A stretch of DNA of 64,000 nucleotides from contig JBDRJF010000024.1 in assembly GCA_043815185.1 (NCBI GenBank), positions 64,533-128,532 of the forward strand. Reading direction: 5' to 3'. The stretch's first letter is position 1, and each line of letters opens with the position of its first letter. A program made the position numbers and the translations under genes. This document shows, piece after piece, positions 34,722 to 43,454 of this stretch. The stretch is from Candidatus Omnitrophota bacterium (lineage in GTDB: Bacteria > Omnitrophota > Gorgyraeia > Duberdicusellales > 4484-171). The notes below the pieces were generated by a model that was given only the letters and a program-made list of their open reading frames with translations, had not been told where the DNA came from and made no database searches.

Positions 34722-36215
34722 TCACTGTCCAGCATCTTGAGCCCTAATTATGTTTTTGATCTCATTCCGGGACAAAGCAATCGTTCCCCAGGATTTTCCT
34801 GCCTGTACCTCTAAAACCACTTTTTCGTTGGTTTCCTTTAATATAATTCCCTCGATCATCCGTCCATTGTTCAAGTAAATTTTATCAAAAAAGGCGGTTC
34901 TTCCAGTTACTACAACAGCCATTTCCTTTAAACGGATGATATCTTTATCGATAAAACCTGATTGAGTGGACAGGGATTTTGCCTTAGTTAAAGCCGCCAA
35001 AGCTTTACTATTATCCCCGATTTCTTGTTCAATTTTAGCAAGAGTTAAATAAGCTTGCCGGAAGCGGGGATACCGCTTTATAACTTCTCCGATTATCTCT
35101 TTGGCCTTATTATGGTTACCGACCTTATTATAAGCATAAGCCATATCGTCAAGAATATTGACATCATCGGGATTAACCGTAAGCTTCCTGCGGCAATTTT
35201 CTATTTCCCGGTAATATTCTTCAGCCGCAGCTTCTGTTTTGCCTTGCTGAGCATAAATATCCCCTAAATCATTATGAATATGCGGGTATCCCGGCAGGCG
35301 CTCAAGTATTTTTTTATATTCTAATACCGCCTGATCAAGTAACCCGTTATCGCGATAAAGACTGGCCAAGCTGTAATGAATATTAAGATTATCGGGAGAA
35401 ATTTTCAAGGCTATTTTTAAATGGGCGATTGCTTCATCGTAACTTTCCATATTCATAAAGCTAAGGCCCACGCTATTATGAAGATAGCTATTGTCAAAGT
35501 CTATAAGCAACCCGGCCTTATATTGAGTAATGGCTTTTTGATAATCGCCTTTTTCATAATGGAGGTTACCCAAAAGTATCTGCGCCGGGAGAAAATCGGG
35601 TTTTAACCGTAAAGCTTCCTTTAGTGAGGTTTCAGCCTGAGAGTAATTCTCGTCAGCAATATAGAAATAGCCCAAAATATAATAAGGGTAGGCATTGTTT
35701 GGGTCGATTTCCAATGCCTTATTTAGTAAGGCATAAGCCTCTGCTGTGTCACCAGCTAGATATGCATCGGTTCCTTTATTTATACTCTCAAGCATATATC
35801 CCAGAGAAACTTCTTTATGTATCTTACTTATTGTTAGGTCAGCCGGGAACTTAATTTCCGCCCGCTTAAGTAGATTAAGTGCCTCGTCATACATCTGCCG
35901 GTCCAAATATATTTGACTAAGGGCAAGGTAGGGGCCAGCATTCTCAGGCCCAGCTTGGATTGAATTTTTATGCTCTTTGACCGCTATATCTTCTTTTTTT
36001 AATTTCGTGTAAGTATTAGCTAAATTGTAATAAGTGATGGAAGAAGGTTTGATTTTCAAGGATTTCTCAAAATAAGCTATTGCTTCCTTATATTGGTCAC
36101 GATTGAAATAGTCAAAGCCTTTGTTGTTGTAGAAAGCAGACAGTTTCGGCCGGCCGAAATATATTAAAACTGCTATTGAGGCAAAAAGAATTAACAGGTC
36201 GATTACTTTACGCAT
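34722..36215 (-). CDS. membrane-anchored TPR repeat protein
   Basis: 497 aa with an N-terminal TM helix and many 34-aa TPR-like repeats (A..Y/F..AL...P). Confidence 0.8.
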   Translation of the reverse strand: MRKVIDLLILFASIAVLIYFGRPKLSAFYNNKGFDYFNRDQYKEAIAYFEKSLKIKPSSITYYNLANTYTKLKKEDIAVKEHKNSIQAGPENAGPYLALSQIYLDRQMYDEALNLLKRAEIKFPADLTISKIHKEVSLGYMLESINKGTDAYLAGDTAEAYALLNKALEIDPNNAYPYYILGYFYIADENYSQAETSLKEALRLKPDFLPAQILLGNLHYEKGDYQKAITQYKAGLLIDFDNSYLHNSVGLSFMNMESYDEAIAHLKIALKISPDNLNIHYSLASLYRDNGLLDQAVLEYKKILERLPGYPHIHNDLGDIYAQQGKTEAAAEEYYREIENCRRKLTVNPDDVNILDDMAYAYNKVGNHNKAKEIIGEVIKRYPRFRQAYLTLAKIEQEIGDNSKALAALTKAKSLSTQSGFIDKDIIRLKEMAVVVTGRTAFFDKIYLNNGRMIEGIILKETNEKVVLEVQAGKSWGTIALSRNEIKNIIRAQDAGQ

Positions 36216-36237
36216 AATAAACTAATTATACCTTCAA

Positions 36238-37389
36238 TTAAGCTAAACTTTGTTGAACTACCCTTTTTAAATTAAACCCTAACAAAAAGACACCTAAACC
36301 CACGATAACAAATAAGGCTTTAAAGCCGGCTTGAGATACTAAGACTCCTCCTAAAAAAGCCCCGAGAGCTCCGAAACTAAAGCGTAAAGCACTATTTAGG
36401 CTGGAAGCATCGCGGAGAATCCGATCGGGAAACTGAGTAAGATGCGATGACAGGCCGACATGGGTTAAAGCCCAACCACAGCCCCATAAAGTTATTAGTA
36501 AAAAGATTGATTGATATTTTTGTATAAAGATAAGAAAAAAAGCAAAGATGCTCATCAAGATAAACCCAATACTGCTTATCCTGATGTTACCGAAGCGGGA
36601 ACTTAAAAACCCTCCCATGAATTCAAATATTATTGCGCTTAAAGTAGCTACGGTAAAAATTGAACTTATAACTACCTGATTTAAAGAAAAACTCTCACTT
36701 AAATATATGCCCAGCCGCTGCTGCAGGCTATGGTAGAGGAAACTACCAAGCATAATCACCAGAAAAAAATTAATTGCTTTTTTATCTTTTAAAGTATCAA
36801 AATAACTTATCCTAAGCTTTTCTACCCGGAAGTCAAAATCATCTAAGTGAGTCATTACCAGGATAAACACCAGAAGGCTTAAACTAGCCGGTATCAGATA
36901 AAGTAGCAGGGGAAAACTGGCGAAGAATCCACTCAAAAAAACACTGATTAAGTTTGAAAGATAGGAAAGAGTGAAAAATATCCCAATATACTTTGATTTA
37001 TCCTGGGTTGAGATAACCTTACCTATAGTAATAAGCACCAGGGGTACGAAGCTGCAGCCAAAACAACCCATTAAAAATCTAAATAGGAAAGCTTCGGTGA
37101 TACTCCTGGAAAGCGAAAAAAATAAAGCTGTCAGAAAGAACCCCAGAGTTGTAAAAAGAAGTAACTTTCTTACCTTAACTACCCGGGTAAAGGGGGCCCA
37201 GATAAGGGCAAATACTCCGTAAGGAAGCATATAGAGCCAGGTGAGCGGCAAGGCCGCGCTCTTAGCTATCCCAAAATAGATTGCGATTGATGGTATTAAA
37301 GCAGCCATAGCCGCAACACCAAAAGAAACTGCAAAAAACATCAAACAGAAGATATAGAAACTTAACTTAGGCATTAGCCTCCTGCTCAA
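36238..37389 (-). CDS. MFS transporter
   Basis: 383 aa with about 12 hydrophobic spans. Confidence 0.8.
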   Translation of the reverse strand: MSRRLMPKLSFYIFCLMFFAVSFGVAAMAALIPSIAIYFGIAKSAALPLTWLYMLPYGVFALIWAPFTRVVKVRKLLLFTTLGFFLTALFFSLSRSITEAFLFRFLMGCFGCSFVPLVLITIGKVISTQDKSKYIGIFFTLSYLSNLISVFLSGFFASFPLLLYLIPASLSLLVFILVMTHLDDFDFRVEKLRISYFDTLKDKKAINFFLVIMLGSFLYHSLQQRLGIYLSESFSLNQVVISSIFTVATLSAIIFEFMGGFLSSRFGNIRISSIGFILMSIFAFFLIFIQKYQSIFLLITLWGCGWALTHVGLSSHLTQFPDRILRDASSLNSALRFSFGALGAFLGGVLVSQAGFKALFVIVGLGVFLLGFNLKRVVQQSLA

Positions 37390-37804
37390 TTATCTCCTTA
37401 AATAGCTTTAAGTTATCCTGGGAGTGTTTATTTATTAACTCCTCAACTTGAGAATCAACATATTTAGCCTGGCTATCCATCTTAAAGTCCTGAATCCAGG
37501 TCATCTCAACACCAGCGGTAACTTCACGGTAGAGCCAGATAATCTTCATATACTCAAAAGGAAACATCGGCTCTAACCTACAAGCATAAGCAAATTTATC
37601 TTCCTTAAACAGCAGGCGATAGGACTTCCAGCTATTCCCGTTCTTATGGGTGAGTTGAAAAATAATCTTATTACCTTGGGTCTCCAAAACATCGGATGCG
37701 GTATATTCTTCAAATAGTTCCTTCCAGCGCGAAATATCATTGCTAATATCAAAAATCAACTCAAAAGGTGCATTAATCACAATCGAGTTTACTGTATGTG
37801 CCAT
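37367..37804 (-). CDS. SRPBCC-superfamily protein (polyketide cyclase/aromatase-like)
   Basis: 145 aa. Starts MAHTVNSIVINAPFELIFDISNDISRW, typical of the polyketide_cyc2/START-like fold. Confidence 0.7.
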   Translation of the reverse strand: MAHTVNSIVINAPFELIFDISNDISRWKELFEEYTASDVLETQGNKIIFQLTHKNGNSWKSYRLLFKEDKFAYACRLEPMFPFEYMKIIWLYREVTAGVEMTWIQDFKMDSQAKYVDSQVEELINKHSQDNLKLFKEIIEQEANA

Positions 37805-37825
37805 AACTACCCCCTTTTTTTAAAA

Positions 37826-38623
37826 TTACAAAACTGCTACTACCCTGGCCCAGGCAGCACCGGTCTTCTTTATTCTTACTGGGAAACAAATAACCTTAAA
37901 TCCCCAATCCGGCAGCTTAGCCAAATTAGCTAATCTCTCAATATGGATAAACTCCCGCTTTCGGCCATGAAAATGGGCCGGCCAAAGGTGTTTAGGGTCT
38001 TTTGTTTTCAAAAAATCCCCAATCATAAATTTATAAGGCCGGTCAATACCCATAGTATCTACTCCCAATATCTTTACCCCCCGATCAAGAAGGTAGTCAA
38101 TTGCTGAAGGGTCTACTCCCGGATAATCAGAAAAATACTCAGGGCTTCCGAAAAGACGATCTGAACCGGTATAAAAAAGAACGATATCCCAAGGCTTGAG
38201 CAAATAATCAATCTTTTTCAAGGCTTCTTCGATGTCTTGACTTGTAATGACCTGATCAGCTCCTTTGTAACTAAAGTCAAGTTTGACTGCGTCTTGATAA
38301 CACCACTCCAGAGGGATTTCATCGGCCGTCTTCGATGGTTTACCTTCAGATTTACTTCCGTAGTGAAAAGAATAGTCAAGATGAGTTCCGCTATGAACCG
38401 AAGAATGCACTATCTCTAAAGATAAAAACTCTTGATCAGGCAAATCCTCCTTCCTGATTATCCGTTGCCCCAGAAAATACTTAATCTTACCCTTAAAAGT
38501 TTTACCCATCAAAACTCTATTTAACTTGGCAACTCCCTCCTGATGAGACACCCGTTCGATCTTTAAATCATGGACCTCAAAAGCTTTATCATCAATCAAT
38601 AAGCTTAAATCTACTATCTTCAT
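37826..38623 (-). CDS. cyclase-family protein (PF04199-like, kynurenine formamidase/polyketide cyclase fold)
   Basis: 265 aa with an HxGTHxD motif (HSGTHLD). Confidence 0.7.
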   Translation of the reverse strand: MKIVDLSLLIDDKAFEVHDLKIERVSHQEGVAKLNRVLMGKTFKGKIKYFLGQRIIRKEDLPDQEFLSLEIVHSSVHSGTHLDYSFHYGSKSEGKPSKTADEIPLEWCYQDAVKLDFSYKGADQVITSQDIEEALKKIDYLLKPWDIVLFYTGSDRLFGSPEYFSDYPGVDPSAIDYLLDRGVKILGVDTMGIDRPYKFMIGDFLKTKDPKHLWPAHFHGRKREFIHIERLANLAKLPDWGFKVICFPVRIKKTGAAWARVVAVL

Positions 38624-38641
38624 GGTTCTGCTGGTTAATAC

Positions 38642-38890
38642 TTAGCTTAGGCTACCCTCTTTCTTGTTAATTACCTCAACAATCTCATTAAGGGTAGAGA
38701 ATTTTGTAATCTCATTAGTTTCAAGCTTAATACCAAAGCGCTTATTAAAAGCGACTACTAACTCTACCATCTCGGTTGAGTCAACTCCGATAGAGTCATA
38801 TAATTTCTGGCCTTCTTTTATCTCGCTTTCTTCTATATCCAAAGTCTTGCTTATGATTCCAAGGACCTCTTCCTTCAACTCCATAAACAC
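38642..38890 (-). CDS. acyl carrier protein
   Basis: 82 aa with the phosphopantetheine attachment motif GVDSTEMVEL. Confidence 0.88.
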   Translation of the reverse strand: MFMELKEEVLGIISKTLDIEESEIKEGQKLYDSIGVDSTEMVELVVAFNKRFGIKLETNEITKFSTLNEIVEVINKKEGSLS

Positions 38891-38893
38891 CTC

Positions 38894-40129
38894 CTATTCT
38901 TTCTCAATAGCCAAAACAACATTTATCCCGCCCCGCCCTCTGGCAATAATCAAAGCTTTGGTAATTTCTTTCTCTTTCAGTTTATTGGGAGTATAGTCTA
39001 AATCACAATAAAGGTCTCTCATCTCCTGGTTAATCGTCGGCAGAACGATTGAGTATTTCATTGAAAAAAGTGTAACAATTAAATCTAAAGCGCTCTGGGC
39101 CCCGAGAAGATTTCCGTACATGCTCTTAGGCGCACTGAGAACAATTTTGTTTATTTGCTTCCCAAATACATTTTTTAAAGCTGATGTTTCAAGATAATCC
39201 CCGATTACAGTTGCCTCACCATCTAAACAGATATAATCTATGTCTGGCTTATTCCAAGAAGCATCCTTTAGGCATTCCTCTATTGCGTATTCTAACTCCT
39301 CTGATTTAGGACTGTATCTTGAATAGTGTTGTCCGTCGGAAGAGAAACCAATTCCTTTTATAAATCCATAAATCGGCACACCTCTTTTTTTGGCCTTAGA
39401 TTCTTTCTCCAAAATAACTACTCCTGAGCCCTCGCCTAAAACAAAACCATCCCGGTTTAAATCATAAGGTTTGTATGCTGTTTTAGGATTAAGATTATTT
39501 TTTGATAAACTACCGCAAGTATTTGCACTCAATAGAGCATAAGGAGTAATCGGGGCTTCCATGCCTCCGGCTAATACGAAATCATTTTTATCCTGAGCTA
39601 TTATTTTAGAACCATACCATAAACTCAAGGCTGAAGAAGCCTTATCGGCAACAATAGTTTTGCTATAACCTTTGAAGCCGTAATATATAGTAATTTGGCC
39701 CTGGGGAGCTGCCGGAAACCAGGCTGAAGCCATATAAGGGGAAATACCTTCTCTTCCCTCTAGATACATATCTCTTAGCTCAGTCTCAGCAAAGAGCCAG
39801 CCGCCAATAGCATTGCCCATAAATACGCCGACTCGATCTTTATCGATTTTTTCCAAATCCATTCCGGCATCTTCTATGGCTTGTTCTGAGGCAACTAGAG
39901 CCATATGAGAAAACACATCTATTTTCTTAACTAACCTTCCTGAAACATGTGAGTAGTGATCAAGCTCATGGACTTGGCCGGCAATCCGAGAAGGATAAAG
40001 GCTAGCGTCAAACCTCTTGATTTCATCGACAAAAGATGCGCATTTTTTAAGGTTAGCCCAAAAGGTTTCTTTTTTTAATCCACAAGGTGAAACTACGCCG
40101 ACACCGGTTATTGCAACTCTCGGCCCCAT
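38894..40129 (-). CDS. ketosynthase beta / chain-length-factor-like (no active-site Cys)
   Basis: 411 aa, colinear with the adjacent KS, but with Lys at the Cys column (IVADKASSALS) and Asp at the second His column (ICLDGEAT). Confidence 0.75.
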   Translation of the reverse strand: MGPRVAITGVGVVSPCGLKKETFWANLKKCASFVDEIKRFDASLYPSRIAGQVHELDHYSHVSGRLVKKIDVFSHMALVASEQAIEDAGMDLEKIDKDRVGVFMGNAIGGWLFAETELRDMYLEGREGISPYMASAWFPAAPQGQITIYYGFKGYSKTIVADKASSALSLWYGSKIIAQDKNDFVLAGGMEAPITPYALLSANTCGSLSKNNLNPKTAYKPYDLNRDGFVLGEGSGVVILEKESKAKKRGVPIYGFIKGIGFSSDGQHYSRYSPKSEELEYAIEECLKDASWNKPDIDYICLDGEATVIGDYLETSALKNVFGKQINKIVLSAPKSMYGNLLGAQSALDLIVTLFSMKYSIVLPTINQEMRDLYCDLDYTPNKLKEKEITKALIIARGRGGINVVLAIEKE

Positions 40130-40132
40130 TAA

Positions 40133-41380
40133 TTACCTCCACTTCTTAAATACAATCGAAGAATGGATTCCCGAAAATCCACTGCTGGTCTTAAGTATAT
40201 ACTCCGGCATTAATTTCCTCTTTTTATTGGGAATATAATCTAAATCACACTTAGGATCAGGCTCTTCCTGGTTAATCGTCGGTGGAAGATATCCTTTTTC
40301 AAAAATCATACAACATAATACACTCTCTACAGCATTAGCAGCAGCTAAAGGATGGCCGATCATCGATTTAATCGAGCTTATCGGCACCTTATAAGCAAAA
40401 TCTCCTAAAACTTTTTTGTAAGCGTCAGTTTCAAAGACATCATTCTGCCGGGTCGATGAGCCGTGAGCATTTATATAACCAATATCCTCATTCTTTATCC
40501 CTGAATTCTTTATTGCTTCCCGTATAGAACGAGCCATCGGTTCACCGTCTTCAGGCAAATCAGTCATATGATAGGCATTACAACTTGTCCCATAACCAAG
40601 AATTTCAGCATAAATATGGGAGCCTCTCTTCTTAGCATGTTCTAACTCTTCCAATATAAGGATTCCAGCTGCCTCACTAATAACAAAACCATTCCGCTTG
40701 TTATCAAAAGGACGGCTGGCCTTATGAGGTTCCTGGTTATTCTTGGCTAAAACGCTTACCACGTCAAAAGCTCCGAAGGTAATCGGGGTAACCGGAGCTT
40801 CATTGGCTCCGGCAATAATTAGGTCCTGCCTTCCTTCCTGAATAAGCTCATAAGCAAAACCTAAAGAATCAGTTCCGGCAGTGCAACCGGTTGAGACTGT
40901 ACAATTCATTCCCTTGGTCCCATAAATAGCCCCTACCTCTGCGCTGGGAGTATTAAACATAGCAGCATCATAAAGATAAGGCCTTCCCTTCCGGGGATCA
41001 ATCGGGCTCTTACCCCAATCAGTGACTAATAAAAATTCTTCTTCCATAAAACGGGTCCCGCAAATAGCATTGGCTAAGATTACACCACATCTGCGGCGGT
41101 CCAACTTATTAAAATCTAATTTTGCATCTTCCACCGCTCCCTTAGCAGCGGCAATCCCGAATTGAACATACCGATCCATACGTTTATGGTCAGTTATACC
41201 AAACTTTAAAGGGTCGAAATTCAAATCTTGGGAAGCAATCTTTGAAAGGAATAAACTTACATCAAAGTTCTCAACCCTTTCAATACAAGATTTACCCTCA
41301 ATTAGATTGTTGTAAAATTCATTCTTATCTTCTCCGGCTGCGCAGATAACTCCAATTCCAGTAATCACCACTCTCTTCAC
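40133..41380 (-). CDS. ketosynthase alpha, type II PKS-like
   Basis: 415 aa with a GTG start after a GAGGAGG SD. Motifs VSTGCTAGTDS (Cys), CNAYHMT and INAHGSSTRQNDVFET (His/His). Confidence 0.8.
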   Translation of the reverse strand: MKRVVITGIGVICAAGEDKNEFYNNLIEGKSCIERVENFDVSLFLSKIASQDLNFDPLKFGITDHKRMDRYVQFGIAAAKGAVEDAKLDFNKLDRRRCGVILANAICGTRFMEEEFLLVTDWGKSPIDPRKGRPYLYDAAMFNTPSAEVGAIYGTKGMNCTVSTGCTAGTDSLGFAYELIQEGRQDLIIAGANEAPVTPITFGAFDVVSVLAKNNQEPHKASRPFDNKRNGFVISEAAGILILEELEHAKKRGSHIYAEILGYGTSCNAYHMTDLPEDGEPMARSIREAIKNSGIKNEDIGYINAHGSSTRQNDVFETDAYKKVLGDFAYKVPISSIKSMIGHPLAAANAVESVLCCMIFEKGYLPPTINQEEPDPKCDLDYIPNKKRKLMPEYILKTSSGFSGIHSSIVFKKWR

Positions 41381-41388
41381 TTCTCTTT

Positions 41389-41556
41389 CCTCCTCAATGA
41401 TCCGCCTTAGGCGGAGAATTGATCCCGACGAGCGTTACAAAATTGTCGAAGAGAATTTTGTAACATCTTCTGCCCTCTGGAATTTTCCACTGGAAAATTC
41501 CGAGGACTCAGTCCCTGAAATTTCAGCATGTGAAATTTCTAGGGGCGAGTCGGGAT
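41389..41556 (-). repeat. structured intercistronic element, repeat family R2 copy B
   Basis: Outer stem ATCCCGAC/GTCGGGAT (41422..29 with 41549..56) enclosing hairpins at 41434..41464, 41474..41505 and 41513..41544, plus a hairpin at 41401..41415 and CCTCCTCAATGA (41389..41400). Confidence 0.7.
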
Positions 41557-41562
41557 ATATTA

Positions 41563-42168
41563 TTAATCTTTCCTAGCAACTTTAAATACAATGTTCCCGC
41601 CATCCGGGCAGGTTACCGTATCTATAGAATTCTGATTATCCATAAACTGAAATTTTGCTCCAAAATTTAGGGCAAAGAGGGCTGGGAAAGCTGTGTGCCA
41701 GGCTGCTCCGCAGAATCCAGGAATACACTTAAGGCCTTCAATATCCCATTTATCACCAACCTGATACTTATAAAAACACTTAGGCGAAGCCATCCCTTTA
41801 GGGGTACCCTTAGCTTTAATAACCTCAATAACCATCCTCTTGGGGTTCGGGCCCTTATAGTTATGATCTTTAGGAATATTATCGATCTCACCCTGCTTAT
41901 TAAAAATTTCGGCCTTAAACTCTAGTTTCCCGCCATCGGGACAAGTTACTAACAATGACCTTTGATTATCCATAAAAGGGAATTTTGCTCCAAAACTTAA
42001 AGCGTAAATTACCGGAAATAAAGCATGGGCCAGGCCTAAGCAAAAGTGCTTGGGCGGATGGGTAAAATCCTCTAAAATTAATTCATCACCGGCCTTATAG
42101 CCATGGTAACAATCTCCATAAACATTAAGCACTGTTAATTTTAATTTTGGGAAAGGTGTTTTAACCAT
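41563..42168 (-). CDS. tandem-duplicated TIGR04076-like protein
   Basis: 201 aa. The two halves share FC..A....FP...AL.FGAKF.FMDNQ......TCPDGG...FK. The family call is from memory of the CPDG-containing TIGR04076 pattern. Confidence 0.5.
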   Translation of the reverse strand: MVKTPFPKLKLTVLNVYGDCYHGYKAGDELILEDFTHPPKHFCLGLAHALFPVIYALSFGAKFPFMDNQRSLLVTCPDGGKLEFKAEIFNKQGEIDNIPKDHNYKGPNPKRMVIEVIKAKGTPKGMASPKCFYKYQVGDKWDIEGLKCIPGFCGAAWHTAFPALFALNFGAKFQFMDNQNSIDTVTCPDGGNIVFKVARKD

Positions 42169-42169
42169 A

Positions 42170-43165
42170 TCAGATCTCCATTTCTTTTAATAATTCTCCC
42201 TTTTCAAAAAACTTTTTTGACTCCTCTACTCTATGAACTAATTCAACTATTTTACTATTTAGCCGGGCCTTAAGATTATTTTCAGAAGCTATTCTTACAA
42301 TTTCTCCGTTGATATAATCAATCTCTGAAGGCTTACCACTCTTTATGCTTTGTAATATTGAACCGTAGAGAGGTTCTTGGCTTAAAGAGGCCATTACTTT
42401 TGAAAAAATACCGGCAGCTTGTTCTATGTCCATTGAAACTAATCCCTCTAATCTGGCCTTAGGATAACTAGGCAAATCAGCTAACTCTATGCCGCTATTT
42501 TTAACAACATTGAATGCCTCTTTATTTAGTTTTATTGCCAGTTTTGCGAAATTTATATCAGCAAAGGCCTCCTGCATCGATAAACCTAAAATTGCCGGAA
42601 TACAATTATTGAGATTAATCAATAGCTTAAGGTATTTAGCCCCTTTTATTTTGTCTAAAACTGCTAGATCAAAAGCCGATTTTAAAAGGCCGGCTACCTC
42701 CTCTATATTGGCTACTTCTTGCTCAAAGATATTCCCTAATATTAAGTTACCTTTAAAATTATGAACTATTCTGTTCGGCCGGTAAAAAGTTGCTCCAAAC
42801 ATCACAATACCGGTTATAATCTTCTCTTTAGGAAAATACTCACTCAATATATAATCAGCTCTTATTCCGTTCTGAGTACTAAGAATAGTCGCATCTTTTA
42901 AATATTTTAAATTTTCCTTTATTAAAGCCTCTAAATCACCTAACTTGCTGGCGAGAATAGCCAGGCCTACTCTCGCTCCAAGTTTATTATCAACTCTTAC
43001 CTTATAGGTATCTTTACCTCTTGAGCCCTCAATGAGTAAACCCTTCTTAAGTAAAGGCTCCTTCTGGTAATCCTTAACTATACCAATAACATCAATATTC
43101 GCTCCGGAGAGATAGCCTAAAAATAATCCGCCAATTGCTCCACAACCTAAAACTGCTACTTTCAT
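42170..43165 (-). CDS. 2-dehydropantoate 2-reductase (PanE/ApbA) family oxidoreductase
   Basis: The Rossmann N-terminus MKVAVLGCGAIGG sets the start at 43165; the tracked start at 43204 adds 13 unlikely residues. Confidence 0.75.
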   Translation of the reverse strand: MKVAVLGCGAIGGLFLGYLSGANIDVIGIVKDYQKEPLLKKGLLIEGSRGKDTYKVRVDNKLGARVGLAILASKLGDLEALIKENLKYLKDATILSTQNGIRADYILSEYFPKEKIITGIVMFGATFYRPNRIVHNFKGNLILGNIFEQEVANIEEVAGLLKSAFDLAVLDKIKGAKYLKLLINLNNCIPAILGLSMQEAFADINFAKLAIKLNKEAFNVVKNSGIELADLPSYPKARLEGLVSMDIEQAAGIFSKVMASLSQEPLYGSILQSIKSGKPSEIDYINGEIVRIASENNLKARLNSKIVELVHRVEESKKFFEKGELLKEMEI

Positions 43166-43169
43166 TTTT

Positions 43170-43448
43170 CTACTTCTCTTGACTAATATATTGTGAATAA
43201 TCAATATTTAATTGGCTAAGTAGCCTCACAAGCATACCTTTGAAGGCCGGAGGAACCTCCTGGAAGAAGGCAACAATTAAATCTTTATCCTCAACTTCTT
43301 TAGAATCTCTTGCCTTAGCTAACTGTTCAGACTTTTGCTTAATAAGTTGCTCAGCAATTGTTCTATGAAATTGCGGTAAATTCTCAATTATCCGATCAAA
43401 CTTACTCTTGGTTTCTCGGTTCCAGTTAACTTCCATAATACCTTCCAC
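43170..43448 (-). CDS. small helical protein, PCP_red-like (protochlorophyllide reductase B C-terminal-like) domain
   Basis: 92 aa. The W-x2-E...LPQFHR...E..A pattern resembles PF08369. Tentative. Confidence 0.35.
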   Translation of the reverse strand: MEGIMEVNWNRETKSKFDRIIENLPQFHRTIAEQLIKQKSEQLAKARDSKEVEDKDLIVAFFQEVPPAFKGMLVRLLSQLNIDYSQYISQEK

Positions 43449-43454
43449 TCCTTC

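Noticed and set aside
41667-41891. 74-aa same-strand alternative-frame ORF (and 41695..41925 on the plus strand) inside the TIGR04076-like gene. Similar cases lie at 9039..9227 and 50317..50499.
   Set aside because: They are nested within longer ORFs that carry clear family motifs or an internal duplication, and there is no independent start signal.
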